Shown piece after piece: positions 26,718 through 37,065 of a DNA stretch of 64,000 nucleotides. Numbering within the stretch: position 1 is the first letter of the stretch; the number at the start of each line of letters is the position of its first letter. The stretch is from a virus: positions 5,499-69,498 of IMG/VR virus record IMGVR_UViG_3300026116_000004. The stretch is one strand, 5' to 3'. The translations under genes were made by a program, and so were the position numbers. The notes under the pieces were generated by a model that worked only from the letters and a program-made list of their open reading frames with translations, was not told the origin of the DNA and ran no database searches.

Positions 26718-26942
26718 ATGGATAAAAGACTCTCCGAAAAGATTATAAAGCATTTTGACTTCGGTACTATGGAAGTCTTGAAAGAGTATGTTGCTGATCG
26801 ATTAGTGTCTGTCCACAATTTGATGGACGTTACGAGTGATGCTGACGAATGGCGTAAACTCCAAGGTGAAGCGAGAGCTTTAAAGACTTTAGAAAAAATT
26901 AGAGATCACGCTGTAGCTGTAAAGGATCAAAAGAATGGCTGA
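26718..26942 (+). CDS. Small protein typical of the post-portal position
   Basis: W..LQG....L..L motif; GAGG RBS. Confidence 0.7.
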   Translation: MDKRLSEKIIKHFDFGTMEVLKEYVADRLVSVHNLMDVTSDADEWRKLQGEARALKTLEKIRDHAVAVKDQKNG

Positions 26943-29829
26943 TAGTCAATACGCTGATGACGAATACTATCAGCCCTCTCCTCAAGATATGCCAAAAGGT
27001 CCACTTGCTATTCCTCATGTCACTAGAGACGCAGAGGGAAACGCAAAGACTATTTACCTTGATCTAAATACTGGCCAAGAAGTTAAAAACCTTAAAGACT
27101 ACACCATCTATGATGGTAATCAATACTGGACTCCTAAGAAGTCTGACGATACTAACAAGGACGACAAGATTGACCCCGGTGAAGTAGCTAAGGCTCTTCC
27201 TAATATGAAAGCTAATTCGGGTAGCGGTAAGTCCGTTGTAGCCGGTGGTGGTCCTAAGGGTACAGCTAGTAACAACTTTGGTTATCAACATAAACCCGGC
27301 TTCCTTGGTCCTGCAGCCACTATCGCTGGATTAGTTAATCCTGGTGTTGGTGCTGTCGGAAGTATGCTTTCAAAGGCGTACAACGTAAATAACATGGATG
27401 CTGTCAATAATGCACGAAAAGGTTTAGGTCTTTCTGCATTGTCTGGCAAGTCGATGGTCAAAGGGGCCTTTAAAGACAATAAGGGTCAGATTGCCAATGT
27501 GAATATTGGTGATAACAAATACTCTGTCGGTTTTGAGGCTATGTCTCCCGACAAGAAAACTAATTTAACTTACAATGAAGCAAAGACTCGTGCTGCTATT
27601 CTTGGTAGGAAGGTTACTGAAACACCTAAGGATGAAGTAACTGCTCCCCCAGAGGAAGCAAAGCAACAGTCTCTTATGTCTAAGATCACTGGTCTCGACA
27701 AGGGATTTGCTAGAAGAGCGCTTGGTATTGAAAAGAAGACACCGGAAGCAAAAGTAGAAGCTGCTGTTAATCCAAAGGAGTCTCCTGCATCTAAAGTTAC
27801 TGGTCTTCAGAAAGGTTGGCTTTCGAAAGCTTTAACTGATCTGACTACTACAAATAAAGTAACTCCTGAAGTTGCTTCTAAAATGCCTGAGACTATATCC
27901 AAAACAGTTGCTCCTTCTAAAGAAGCATCTATTGGACTCCCTGATAAAGCAGTTGGTCCTTCTCAGGCTAATCCTTTAGGTGTAGGTGCTGGTTCAGTAG
28001 GTTTTGCTGGCGCTATGGCGAGTAATCCTGCGAAAGCAGCTGTGAATACTGCGAGATCAGTTCCGGCAGGGGCTATCGTTGATGGTTCTAAACCAGATCA
28101 TCTTGGACGTGTTGGTCTTATGTCTGTTGATTTTGATAAGATGGGTCTTCAGTCTGCCCAAGCAGCCCAAATGAAGTCTTATCAACAGAAGGCAATTGAT
28201 GCTGGTATTGCTGATAAACTCTCAGTTGACGTGACTCACGCAGTTCGTACTCCTGAACAACAGGCCGCTATCCAAGCCGCTGGTTTTTCTAAAACCAAAC
28301 TTGGTTATCACAATATTGGTTTAGCTGTTGACGTTTCTCCTACTGCAATCAATGCAAAAGATCAGATTACTGACCAAGAGACTCTCGATAAGTCTAGAGC
28401 AATTGCTCAAGAATTGGGAATGAATACCTTAGATAAGTCTTGGGACCCTGCTCACATTGAGTCCAGAATTTCTGGGATGACTGCTAAGCAAATCAGTCAA
28501 CAACCTATTGATCCTCAAACTGGACTTCCTAGTTTAAGTCCTGAACAAGACCTTAGTGTTAGACAGAGTTCTGTTCCCACTCCTACTGCTCGTCCCGCAC
28601 CTACTGCTCCTGAACAGGATAGAAACTATGCTGGACAAGCTTACCAAGGTGTAACCCCTAGTTCTAGTCTTGGAGAAGATGCTAAAACCAATACTGGTTC
28701 TGTTGCTAATGCTCCTAACGCTGGTAATTTTACTTCGCAGGATGAACGTTCTAGTTTAAATGATAGATTAGGGATGACTGCCGCCCCAGCGCAAGAGACT
28801 AATGCTTTTGGTAAGATGAAACAAGACATGAGTAGTCTAGCTACTCCTAATGCGGTATCTCCTACTGCTAGTGTTAATCTTGGAAATTCTCCCGCAGCTT
28901 TGGCTGCTATGGGTTTCACTAATAGAACTCCAGAAGAAAGAGCTGCAATCTCAAGAACGATTGCTGGTGAACTCGGTCAAAAGTCTCTTAGAGCTTTGTC
29001 CAGTGATGATCCTGCTGCAAGAGCTAACGCTTTAGCAGAAGTTGGTAGTATCGCTGCTACAATTGAAAACAGGGCTGCAACTACTAAGTTCGCTGGTGTT
29101 GCTAAAACTATCGCTCCTTCTCAGTATAACGCTAATTTTGCCAGTAATGCTAAGGTTACTAACCAGAACTACGCTAATAACCCTGCAGTTTCTAAGGCTG
29201 TAGGACAGTTCTACAATGGTGGTATCCCTGGTACACAGTATGGTGCTACTAATTACCATGCTACCGCAATGGCTAATCCTCCGAGTTGGTCTGGACAGAT
29301 GGCTGATGCCACTCAGTTAGGTCAACATACTTTCGGAACACTTCCTGGGTACTCTCCTGACGCTGCTACCCAAGCTGCTCAAAAGGCGTTTGGTACTATG
29401 GCAGGGACTCAGTTCTCACCGGGTAAGAAAACAGATGACACCGTGTCTAATCCTGGTTTCTCTGGTATGAATACTCCTGGTGGAATGAAGAGCTCTCTTG
29501 GGTCTTCATCTGCTACTACAGGCTTAGGTGTCCACGATCCAAGTAAATCTAACACTCCCGGTTATGGTGGTGCAGGGCTTGGCTACAGTGGGGCAAGTTC
29601 AGGCGCAGCTGCTGGTTCACTAGGTAACCCTGGTGGTTCTAGTGGCGCTGGTGGTGCTTCTGGCTCACAAGGTTCTAGTTCGTCTAGTTCTTCTGGCTCT
29701 AGTAGCAGTGGTTCTAGCAGTTCTGGTTCGAATGGTGGCGGCTCTAGCAGTAACTCTCGGTCAGGCTCTTCGAGTCCTGCAGGTGGTTACGCATCAGGCG
29801 CCTCTAAAGGCTCTACAGGAGGTCTGTAA
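26935..29829 (+). CDS. Large putative virion protein with M15-type peptidase and SleB-like (Hydrolase_2) domains
   Basis: RTPEQQ...YHNIGLAVD...WDPAHIE; RTIAGE...IENR...SQY...GATNYHA...PSW...GQHTF; Gly/Ser-rich tail. Confidence 0.8.
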   Translation: MADSQYADDEYYQPSPQDMPKGPLAIPHVTRDAEGNAKTIYLDLNTGQEVKNLKDYTIYDGNQYWTPKKSDDTNKDDKIDPGEVAKALPNMKANSGSGKSVVAGGGPKGTASNNFGYQHKPGFLGPAATIAGLVNPGVGAVGSMLSKAYNVNNMDAVNNARKGLGLSALSGKSMVKGAFKDNKGQIANVNIGDNKYSVGFEAMSPDKKTNLTYNEAKTRAAILGRKVTETPKDEVTAPPEEAKQQSLMSKITGLDKGFARRALGIEKKTPEAKVEAAVNPKESPASKVTGLQKGWLSKALTDLTTTNKVTPEVASKMPETISKTVAPSKEASIGLPDKAVGPSQANPLGVGAGSVGFAGAMASNPAKAAVNTARSVPAGAIVDGSKPDHLGRVGLMSVDFDKMGLQSAQAAQMKSYQQKAIDAGIADKLSVDVTHAVRTPEQQAAIQAAGFSKTKLGYHNIGLAVDVSPTAINAKDQITDQETLDKSRAIAQELGMNTLDKSWDPAHIESRISGMTAKQISQQPIDPQTGLPSLSPEQDLSVRQSSVPTPTARPAPTAPEQDRNYAGQAYQGVTPSSSLGEDAKTNTGSVANAPNAGNFTSQDERSSLNDRLGMTAAPAQETNAFGKMKQDMSSLATPNAVSPTASVNLGNSPAALAAMGFTNRTPEERAAISRTIAGELGQKSLRALSSDDPAARANALAEVGSIAATIENRAATTKFAGVAKTIAPSQYNANFASNAKVTNQNYANNPAVSKAVGQFYNGGIPGTQYGATNYHATAMANPPSWSGQMADATQLGQHTFGTLPGYSPDAATQAAQKAFGTMAGTQFSPGKKTDDTVSNPGFSGMNTPGGMKSSLGSSSATTGLGVHDPSKSNTPGYGGAGLGYSGASSGAAAGSLGNPGGSSGAGGASGSQGSSSSSSSGSSSSGSSSSGSNGGGSSSNSRSGSSSPAGGYASGASKGSTGGL

Positions 29830-30131
29830 TGAAGTGGAAAGGTGGTAGGCAGTCTACCAATATTGAAGACAAGACACTGGAAGACTTTACTCCTAAAGAA
29901 GGAGAAGTCGTTATGGGTGGGATGTTTGGTAATGGGCCTGGTTCTAACCAACCATTTTCTAGCAAAAACCCTAAAGCAAAACAGTGGAATGACCAAGTTC
30001 GCGTATCTAAAGACATTGCTAGACGTGGTGATGATGTTCCCACTCCCACACCTCGTCCTAGTGGTCCTACTGATAATGGAACGCACGACAATCTAGTCAC
30101 TCCAGGTAAATGGAAGACTAAAACTAACTAA
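29829..30131 (+). CDS. Hypothetical protein
   Basis: TAATG coupling; MKWKGGRQSTNIED N-terminus; VTPGKW near C-terminus. Confidence 0.7.
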   Translation: MKWKGGRQSTNIEDKTLEDFTPKEGEVVMGGMFGNGPGSNQPFSSKNPKAKQWNDQVRVSKDIARRGDDVPTPTPRPSGPTDNGTHDNLVTPGKWKTKTN

Positions 30132-30178
30132 TTTTATGGGCTACCCTGTATATACGGCCCCCAGCAAAGGAAATTTTT

Positions 30179-31030
30179 ATGACAAAATACCGTAATGATG
30201 AACGTGATCGTCTTTTAGACGAAGAGTTAGCCGCAGAAGAGGCTGCTTATCGTAAGCAGTTCGGCCCCAAGACTGAAGAAGTCACGGAGGTTGATCCTCC
30301 TGCGGTAACTCAGGACGAGGAAGTCTGGAAAAAGCGTCATTCTGACCTTAGGAGTTATACTCAGAAGCAGATTAATGACCTAAACTCGAAGATCAACGAA
30401 CTTACTAAGCAGTTAGGTGAGAAAGAAAAGTCTCACGCTATGCCTGCTAATAGAGAAGAAGTTGAACAGTGGGTTAAAGACTATCCCGACCTAGCACGTG
30501 TCCTCGGTAATCTCATTGATGAGAGAGCAGAAAGACAAGTTTCGTCCGTTTCTGACGAAGTTAAGACAGTTAAAATGGAATTGGAAGCCGAAAGAGAAGC
30601 AATTGCTTACGAAAGAGCGATGGCTGCCATCATTAAGGCACATCCTGACTTCTTAACGCTCGTTAATCAGGACGATTTCAAGGAATGGGTTGAAGAACAG
30701 CCCGTTAAGAGAGGTCCACGTATCGGTCAAGCCCTTTACGATGCTCTCTATGAGAATAAAACCGATGCTGAAGCCGCTATTCAGGCAATCAACATCTTTA
30801 AAGCCGATAAATCGGCAAGCAAACCGAGTAAAGCACCCCGTGAGGCTGCTCTTTCGGTTTCTAGAACATCTTCGGCCTCTCCGTCACCTACTGGTGGTGG
30901 TAAGCGTGTCTTCACTGAGAGTGAAATCGACGCTATGGATCGTTTTACTTTCGATAAGTACTACGAAGAGATCGAAGACGCAAGACGTGAAGGAAGAATT
31001 ACTTACGATCAGAGCGGAGCCGCTCGCTAA
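30179..31030 (+). CDS. Capsid scaffolding protein
   Basis: Coiled coil, WKKRHSDLR, HPDF, C-terminal FTESEI..M...EGRI; upstream of MCP. Confidence 0.85.
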   Translation: MTKYRNDERDRLLDEELAAEEAAYRKQFGPKTEEVTEVDPPAVTQDEEVWKKRHSDLRSYTQKQINDLNSKINELTKQLGEKEKSHAMPANREEVEQWVKDYPDLARVLGNLIDERAERQVSSVSDEVKTVKMELEAEREAIAYERAMAAIIKAHPDFLTLVNQDDFKEWVEEQPVKRGPRIGQALYDALYENKTDAEAAIQAINIFKADKSASKPSKAPREAALSVSRTSSASPSPTGGGKRVFTESEIDAMDRFTFDKYYEEIEDARREGRITYDQSGAAR

Positions 31031-31219
31031 GATCAATTGCGGGCCACCTTCGGTGATCTAGTATTCTAAATTCATAAGAACTACTAAACATTAAAGACTA
31101 CCTATTGAGTTGACCCCTGAACGACTGATCATTTAGTAAGGACACTCAACAATACATAGCCTCTCCAGATGTGACGTTGGTTTAACTTATATTATCAACA
31201 TTACAAAAGGACATATATA

Positions 31220-32278
31220 ATGGCTTTTCAGTCTGCCTCAGGTTATAGTAACCTGCCCAATGGCGTATTTTCGCCGACTATCTACTCCAAGATGGTTCAG
31301 AAGCAGTTCCGTCGTACCGCCGTTTCGGAAGCGATTACGAACTCTGACTATTTTGGTGAAATCAAGAACTTTGGTGACTCTGTTAAGATCATCAAGGAGC
31401 CTGAAATCACTATCTCCGCGTATGCTCGCGGTACGCAGCTCACGCCGCAGGACCTGAACGACAGTGACTTCTATCTGATCGTTGATCGTGCCAATTCATT
31501 TATCTTTAGAATTGACGACATCGAGAAGCAGCAGTCGCATGTTAACTGGATGGACCTCGCGTCGAACCGTGCTGCTTATGACATGTCGATGGTCTATGAC
31601 CGTGATATGCTTGGCTACATGAGTGGCTACGAGTACAATGAACAGACTGGTGTCTGGGCTGCTCGTACGACTGCAGTTGGTTCTAAGTCGGAAGCTTCGG
31701 CTGACGCTGATGAACTGCTTGGTATCCACAAGCTGGCTCGTAATGCTTTCGTCTCGGGTGGTGCGTCTACGGACTCCATCGTGGTTGGTGTTTCGGGTAC
31801 CTATGACGCGACTCCGCTTCAGGTCCTGAACCGCTTTAACCGTCTCCTTGACGTTCAGAACGTGCCGAAGGATGGCCGCTTTGTTGTGGTTGACCCGATC
31901 TTCGTTGAGAAGCTCATGGATGAAAACTCCAAGCTGGTTAACAACGACTACAACGCCAACCAGAATGCTGGTGGTCAGCTCACCAATGGTAAGCTTGTCG
32001 CTCAGAAAATTCGTGGGTTCGAAGTCTACGAGTCCAACAACCTGCCGTCTCTCGGTACGGGTGCTGGTACCATTGATGCTAATGGTGACGCTTCGAACTT
32101 CGGTGTGATTGTTGCTGGTCACCAGAGCGCTGTTGCTTCGGCTCAGCAGCTCGAAAAGACCGAGCACTATCGTGATCCGTATTCGTTCGGCGATATTGTT
32201 CGCGGTATGCACCTCTATGGCCGTAAAATTCTCAAGCCGGCGGGCCTTGTCCGTGCGATTTGGAATGTGAACGCCTAA
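31220..32278 (+). CDS. Major capsid protein
   Basis: FSPTIYS, GDSVKI, VP..GR..VV.P, D.VRG...YG; strong codon bias. Confidence 0.93.
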   Translation: MAFQSASGYSNLPNGVFSPTIYSKMVQKQFRRTAVSEAITNSDYFGEIKNFGDSVKIIKEPEITISAYARGTQLTPQDLNDSDFYLIVDRANSFIFRIDDIEKQQSHVNWMDLASNRAAYDMSMVYDRDMLGYMSGYEYNEQTGVWAARTTAVGSKSEASADADELLGIHKLARNAFVSGGASTDSIVVGVSGTYDATPLQVLNRFNRLLDVQNVPKDGRFVVVDPIFVEKLMDENSKLVNNDYNANQNAGGQLTNGKLVAQKIRGFEVYESNNLPSLGTGAGTIDANGDASNFGVIVAGHQSAVASAQQLEKTEHYRDPYSFGDIVRGMHLYGRKILKPAGLVRAIWNVNA

Positions 32279-32296
32279 TTTAAGGAGAATTAATTA

Positions 32297-32791
32297 ATGG
32301 CTACTGTATCTCTCGCCGAAGCCGCCACTCGGACCCAGCGTCCGTCTGGTGGTGCTAATATTAAGCGTCCGTATCTGGTTGAGTTTACTCTCGACCTTGC
32401 TGCGGCTGCTACTGCTAAGGGTTCGGCTCTTGCCGCTGCTGACGTTATCCAGTGCATTCGTGTACCGGCTGAGTCGGTTGTGCTCTTCGCTGGTCTTGAA
32501 GTTGTTACTGCCCAGGCTGGTGGCTCTGCTGACCAGTCGATTGGTCTTGGTGACTCCGGCTCGACCTCGCGTTGGGTTGCTGCCTTTGACCTTGATGCTG
32601 CTGCTGCCGGTGCTCATGCACCAATCGCTGTCGCGACTGCAAATCCGACTGTGTTTGGTACTGCGAGCACTGTCGATCTGATCATCACTGCTGCTACTAC
32701 GGTTGGTACCTCTGGTGTCCTCCGTATCTATGCTTGTATGGTTGACGTTTCGAACAAGGCTAATCCGGGTCTCGCCCAACTTAAGTCGTAA
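32297..32791 (+). CDS. Capsid decoration/cement protein
   Basis: Directly after MCP, same codon bias, Ala-rich beta protein, followed by a terminator. Confidence 0.7.
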   Translation: MATVSLAEAATRTQRPSGGANIKRPYLVEFTLDLAAAATAKGSALAAADVIQCIRVPAESVVLFAGLEVVTAQAGGSADQSIGLGDSGSTSRWVAAFDLDAAAAGAHAPIAVATANPTVFGTASTVDLIITAATTVGTSGVLRIYACMVDVSNKANPGLAQLKS

Positions 32792-32803
32792 TTATTAAAC
32801 TTT

Positions 32804-32836
32804 CTCCCCCTAGTTAACTCTGGGGGGAGTTCTTTT
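32804..32836 (+). terminator. Intrinsic terminator after the capsid genes
   Basis: CTCCCCCTAG/CTGGGGGGAG stem followed by TTCTTTT. Confidence 0.85.
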
Positions 32837-32853
32837 AAGAAAGATGCCAATTC

Positions 32854-33150
32854 ATGAGTGAAATCACTTTAAGGACTTGTAATGCAGTCTCCGTCACTTC
32901 TGTGGCGTCTTCTGCTTCTTCCGTATCTTTGATTACGGCTAATGTCGCCCGCAAGGGTCTCTCTATTCAGAATACCTCTACGGCTATTCTTTATGTATTA
33001 CTTGGTGGTGGTACTGCTACCGCTACTACTTCTCATTCTGTTCAAATCCCATCGAATGGTTACTATGAAGTTCCTTATGGCTTCACCGGTGCCGTATCTG
33101 GTATTTGGGCTTCTGCAAATGGTTCAGCAAATCTCACGGAGTTCCTGTAA
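32854..33150 (+). CDS. Virion structural protein
   Basis: Small beta-rich ORF in the morphogenesis operon. Confidence 0.65.
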   Translation: MSEITLRTCNAVSVTSVASSASSVSLITANVARKGLSIQNTSTAILYVLLGGGTATATTSHSVQIPSNGYYEVPYGFTGAVSGIWASANGSANLTEFL

Positions 33151-34370
33151 TGTGGACTAATCCCTATACTAGAACAAGAAACTCTTTAAGTGTGGGGGTT
33201 GGAAAATCGTTTATTGCTAACGTAGGATTTACTCAAGACATCGATTGGACAACTGGCACCGTATTGAAGGGTGGTCCTCAATCTTTTAGTGGTTCCCCTG
33301 GTGCTGGTAATGATTTCCGTCAAGGCGGTAATGGAGTAGCTACTTTCGGGCCAAATCAAGCTGGCTTACTCGTTGCTATGTCGTCGTCGGCTTTTCGGCG
33401 TACTGATCGCGGAGAAATGCAGTACCCATCGATCAACACCGCCATTCTTTGGAACCGCGATTTCACCAACGCAGCGTGGACTAAGCAAGCGGGTGTCACG
33501 GCTGCAAAGAACCAAACTGGTGCTGATGGTGGTGCTAACGCGTGCTCGTCATTAACTTGGACTGTTGATAACGCCGAATGCAGTCAGCCGTGGACATCGA
33601 CTGTTAATGATAGATTGTTTCAGTGTGACATCCGTCGCATATCTGGCACTGATCCACTTGAAATGTCCATTGACGGCACGACTTGGCAAACAGCCGTTGT
33701 TCAGGGCAACTCGTTCGATGTGATGCGCCCCTCTGTCATATTCCAGGCGGCTGTTACAAATCCAATATTCAAATTTAGAAGCAAGGCAGGAAACGCATTT
33801 GCTTTCGATTTTGCAATCGGAATTAATCCCCCAACGAATTGGCCTTCTTTGGCTCCCATCCATACACGGCCTGCCACGACTTCCGCGACGGTCCAGACTT
33901 TCCTTGAACGTGCCTATGCATCCTTCCCCGATAGTTCACCACTTGCGACTATAGCTCGCGGTCCTTTTGCATTCTATTGGCAAGGTCGCTCAAGTCGTCA
34001 AGGTGGCTTCCCTATAACTTCAGCATCAAATCTTTTTGTTACTGTTGTACAGGGCACAGGCGCTGTAAAATTTCAGAATGGTGCTTCTGGTGTAGCACAA
34101 ACAGCAGACGGTGTATGGCGTTTTGATAATGCATTGACTCAAGTTAACAAAATTGCTGGTTGGTGTAATGCAACCAATCTACGTATGGCTTGTAATGGTG
34201 TTCTAGCTGGTGCTGCTACAGGTACTCTTGGTCTTGACGCTGCTCTAGACCACTGGGATTTAGGAACGAATGGTTCAGGTGCAAACTCGATCTTTGGTAT
34301 CAATGAGCGCATAGCTATGGGACCGGGTTTTTCTATAAGTGATGCTGATCTTATTACTATGACAACTTAA
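33150..34370 (+). CDS. Putative head/tail fibre or spike protein
   Basis: TAATG start MWTNP; N...W.RDFTNAAW motif; lectin-like C-terminus. Confidence 0.6.
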   Translation: MWTNPYTRTRNSLSVGVGKSFIANVGFTQDIDWTTGTVLKGGPQSFSGSPGAGNDFRQGGNGVATFGPNQAGLLVAMSSSAFRRTDRGEMQYPSINTAILWNRDFTNAAWTKQAGVTAAKNQTGADGGANACSSLTWTVDNAECSQPWTSTVNDRLFQCDIRRISGTDPLEMSIDGTTWQTAVVQGNSFDVMRPSVIFQAAVTNPIFKFRSKAGNAFAFDFAIGINPPTNWPSLAPIHTRPATTSATVQTFLERAYASFPDSSPLATIARGPFAFYWQGRSSRQGGFPITSASNLFVTVVQGTGAVKFQNGASGVAQTADGVWRFDNALTQVNKIAGWCNATNLRMACNGVLAGAATGTLGLDAALDHWDLGTNGSGANSIFGINERIAMGPGFSISDADLITMTT

Positions 34371-34406
34371 TGGATTATGAATTCATTAAATTCCTAAGGA
34401 GATTAA

Positions 34407-34838
34407 ATGTCTGCTACAAACACAACCGAAGACAATGTACTTAAGTTGATCTTCAATGCCACCGCATGGGGTAATATTGCAGATAATACTGCTACTTCTC
34501 CTGCAACTAATCTTTATATCTCACTTCATACTGCTGACCCAGGTGAAACTGGTTCTCAGACTACTTCCGAAAGTGCTTACACATCTTATGCTCGTGTGGC
34601 TGTAGCAAGAACCTCGGGTGGTTGGACTGTTTCTAACCCCACGGTTTCTAATGCTGCTGCTATTAGTTTTCCTGCTTGTACCGGTGGTTCTAGTACCATT
34701 ACCCATTTTGGTATTGGTTTAAGTTCGGCTGGTGCTGGTACTCTCTTATTTTCTGGAGCTTTGAGTGCTTCTCTTGCAGTTTCTAATGGTATTACACCTC
34801 AGTTTGCAATTGGGCAATTAACTACTACGTGTGACTAA
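34407..34838 (+). CDS. Virion structural protein (fibre-associated)
   Basis: LYISLHTADPGE...YARVAV...ITHFGI. Confidence 0.7.
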   Translation: MSATNTTEDNVLKLIFNATAWGNIADNTATSPATNLYISLHTADPGETGSQTTSESAYTSYARVAVARTSGGWTVSNPTVSNAAAISFPACTGGSSTITHFGIGLSSAGAGTLLFSGALSASLAVSNGITPQFAIGQLTTTCD

Positions 34839-36322
34839 TGGCTGATACAATCCTCTTTGTAACTTCTGGTACTTCATGGTCTAAACCTGTTGACTGGACT
34901 AATGTCAATACGATTTATTGTATTGGTGCTGGTGCTTCTGGAGGGTATAGATCAAGCGGTGGTATTGCCACTGGAGGCGGTGGAGGTGCATGTTCTTTCT
35001 CAAGTAATATTACCCCCTCTTCTTCTACCGTTACCGTGCAAGTAGGAACTGGTGGTGCTAGCCAAACGGTTACTGCTACTAACGGTAATGCTGGAACAGA
35101 CACATGGTTTGACGGGGCTAGTTTAGCTGCTTCACAAGTGGGCGCTAAAGGTGGTTCTGGAGGACAAACAGGAGCTATCGCTACCGTAAATGGTGGTGCT
35201 GGAGGTGTTGGAACTAGTGGAATTGGTACTACCAGAAACTCTGGTGGAGCCGGCGGCACTGGATCAAACGGTGGTAGTTCTACTGGTGGTGGTGGTGCAG
35301 CTGGTCCTAATGGTGCTGGAAATGCCGGTGTTGGCACTACCGGTACTAACCAGAATACTGATGGAGGTTCAGGTGATGCCGGTTCTGGTGGTGCTGGAGG
35401 TGTTGGAGGTGGTAGTGGTTCTGCTGGTGGTAATGGAGCAGAATTCACACAATGGAATGGAGTTACAGCCGGTTCTGGAGGTGGAGGCGGTGGCAGAGGA
35501 AGTAGTACTGCGTGGGCTGGAGGCAATTACGGTGGTGGTGGTGGTGGGTGTGTAAATGGAACATCTAGTGGTGCGGGTGCTAATGGACTTATCGTAATAA
35601 AGTATACTCCGATTTCACTTATAGGTTCTACTACACTTACATTTACTCATTCAGGCTCTATTAAAGGTACAGGTGGACTTATTGGTTCTGGTACTATAAC
35701 GTTCTCTTTGAGTTCAACTCTCAAGGGTACTGGTGCTGCTACTGCATCTAGTACTATTACGTTTACTCCTTCTGGAACTCTTAGAGGCACAGGAAATATC
35801 TCAGGCTCTGAGACACTAACTTTCTCTCCTATCGCCACAATAAAAGGTATAGGTGGTCTATCTGGTAATAATGATTTTGTATTTATATCAAGTGCTGTAA
35901 TCTCGTCGATTGCTTCTATTTCTGGTAACACAAATCTTTTATTCACTAACGCTGCTACTGGTGAAATAATAACTGTCGGCCCTATGTCTGGTGCTTTGAA
36001 CTTATTATTCTCCAACAATGGTCTCTTGACTGGTACAGGAAATATAGATGGTTCTGTATTAATCTCTTTTGACGCTGAAGGCTGCGGACACGTATTCGTT
36101 ATCCCGTATATTTTCAGCGAAGGCGATAGTTCAGAGGCTCTTTATGAACAGGAGAATTTAAACGATGGATCACTCTTTCCTGTAACAAGTGGAAATAATC
36201 CAGACAATCCTTTTGAGGCAGAGTCAAGCTCTGGCTCTACTTTATACATCGTGACTACAGGAACTAACCCTGATGATATTTATGATACATCAAAAGATAA
36301 TACTTGCTGTGGAGATTGCTAA
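34838..36322 (+). CDS. Glycine-rich fibre protein
   Basis: GGGGG-rich domain followed by ~19-aa repeats (G...TF...G.LKGTG). Confidence 0.7.
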   Translation: MADTILFVTSGTSWSKPVDWTNVNTIYCIGAGASGGYRSSGGIATGGGGGACSFSSNITPSSSTVTVQVGTGGASQTVTATNGNAGTDTWFDGASLAASQVGAKGGSGGQTGAIATVNGGAGGVGTSGIGTTRNSGGAGGTGSNGGSSTGGGGAAGPNGAGNAGVGTTGTNQNTDGGSGDAGSGGAGGVGGGSGSAGGNGAEFTQWNGVTAGSGGGGGGRGSSTAWAGGNYGGGGGGCVNGTSSGAGANGLIVIKYTPISLIGSTTLTFTHSGSIKGTGGLIGSGTITFSLSSTLKGTGAATASSTITFTPSGTLRGTGNISGSETLTFSPIATIKGIGGLSGNNDFVFISSAVISSIASISGNTNLLFTNAATGEIITVGPMSGALNLLFSNNGLLTGTGNIDGSVLISFDAEGCGHVFVIPYIFSEGDSSEALYEQENLNDGSLFPVTSGNNPDNPFEAESSSGSTLYIVTTGTNPDDIYDTSKDNTCCGDC

Positions 36323-37065
36323 TGCCTAGTACTTATATGGACTTGACTAATCGTCTCCTTCGTAGAGTTAACGATGTAGAGATTACAGAGTCTGACTTTA
36401 TTTCAGCTAGAGGTATTCAAGCAATGGCTAAAGACGCTGTTCTTGATACTATCAGGGAAATCAATAATTCTAGAATTGACTGGCCCTTTAATGCAGTAGA
36501 ACACACTCAAGTGTTAGAGATTGGCACAGAAGAATACTCTTGGCCTACACAGTTTACTGCAGCTGATTGGGACTCCTTTCAAATTCAGAAGGATGATGTT
36601 CTAAACGTTAAACACCAACAGCTAAAGCCAATTACTCGTGAAGAGTGGTATGCTAATTACAGAGATTTAGATTACGATACTGGAACTATTGGCAAAGCCG
36701 TTCCTTGTTACTGTTTTCCTTCTCATGGTAACGGTTGGGGTGTTACTCCTTCTCCTAATCATGCTTACACAATTAAATTTAGATACTATAAAAACCCTAC
36801 TGACTTAGTTAACTTTGATGATGAGACAACTATCCCTGATAAGTTTGATTACGTAATCACTGCTGGTGCTCTTTACCATATGAACTTATTCAAAGAGAAT
36901 GCTCAAGGTGTCGCTATCATGAAACAGAAGTTTGACTCTGGCATCAAAGATATGGTCAACCTCTTTCTTCCTAACCCTGCTTATGCTTGGGATGGAAGAG
37001 TTAATTTTGGTGGTGGTCAAGTAATGCGCAGTGGTTATTACTTTTATAAAGGAAGTGGTGTATAA
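36322..37065 (+). CDS. Tail adaptor / tubular protein A-like
   Basis: TY..L.N..LRR...WPF...P.P...Y.I.F.YY; synteny. Confidence 0.75.
   Translation: MPSTYMDLTNRLLRRVNDVEITESDFISARGIQAMAKDAVLDTIREINNSRIDWPFNAVEHTQVLEIGTEEYSWPTQFTAADWDSFQIQKDDVLNVKHQQLKPITREEWYANYRDLDYDTGTIGKAVPCYCFPSHGNGWGVTPSPNHAYTIKFRYYKNPTDLVNFDDETTIPDKFDYVITAGALYHMNLFKENAQGVAIMKQKFDSGIKDMVNLFLPNPAYAWDGRVNFGGGQVMRSGYYFYKGSGV

Noticed and set aside
31496-32779. Long minus-strand ORFs opposite the MCP and decoration genes
   Set aside because: Shadow ORFs caused by codon bias
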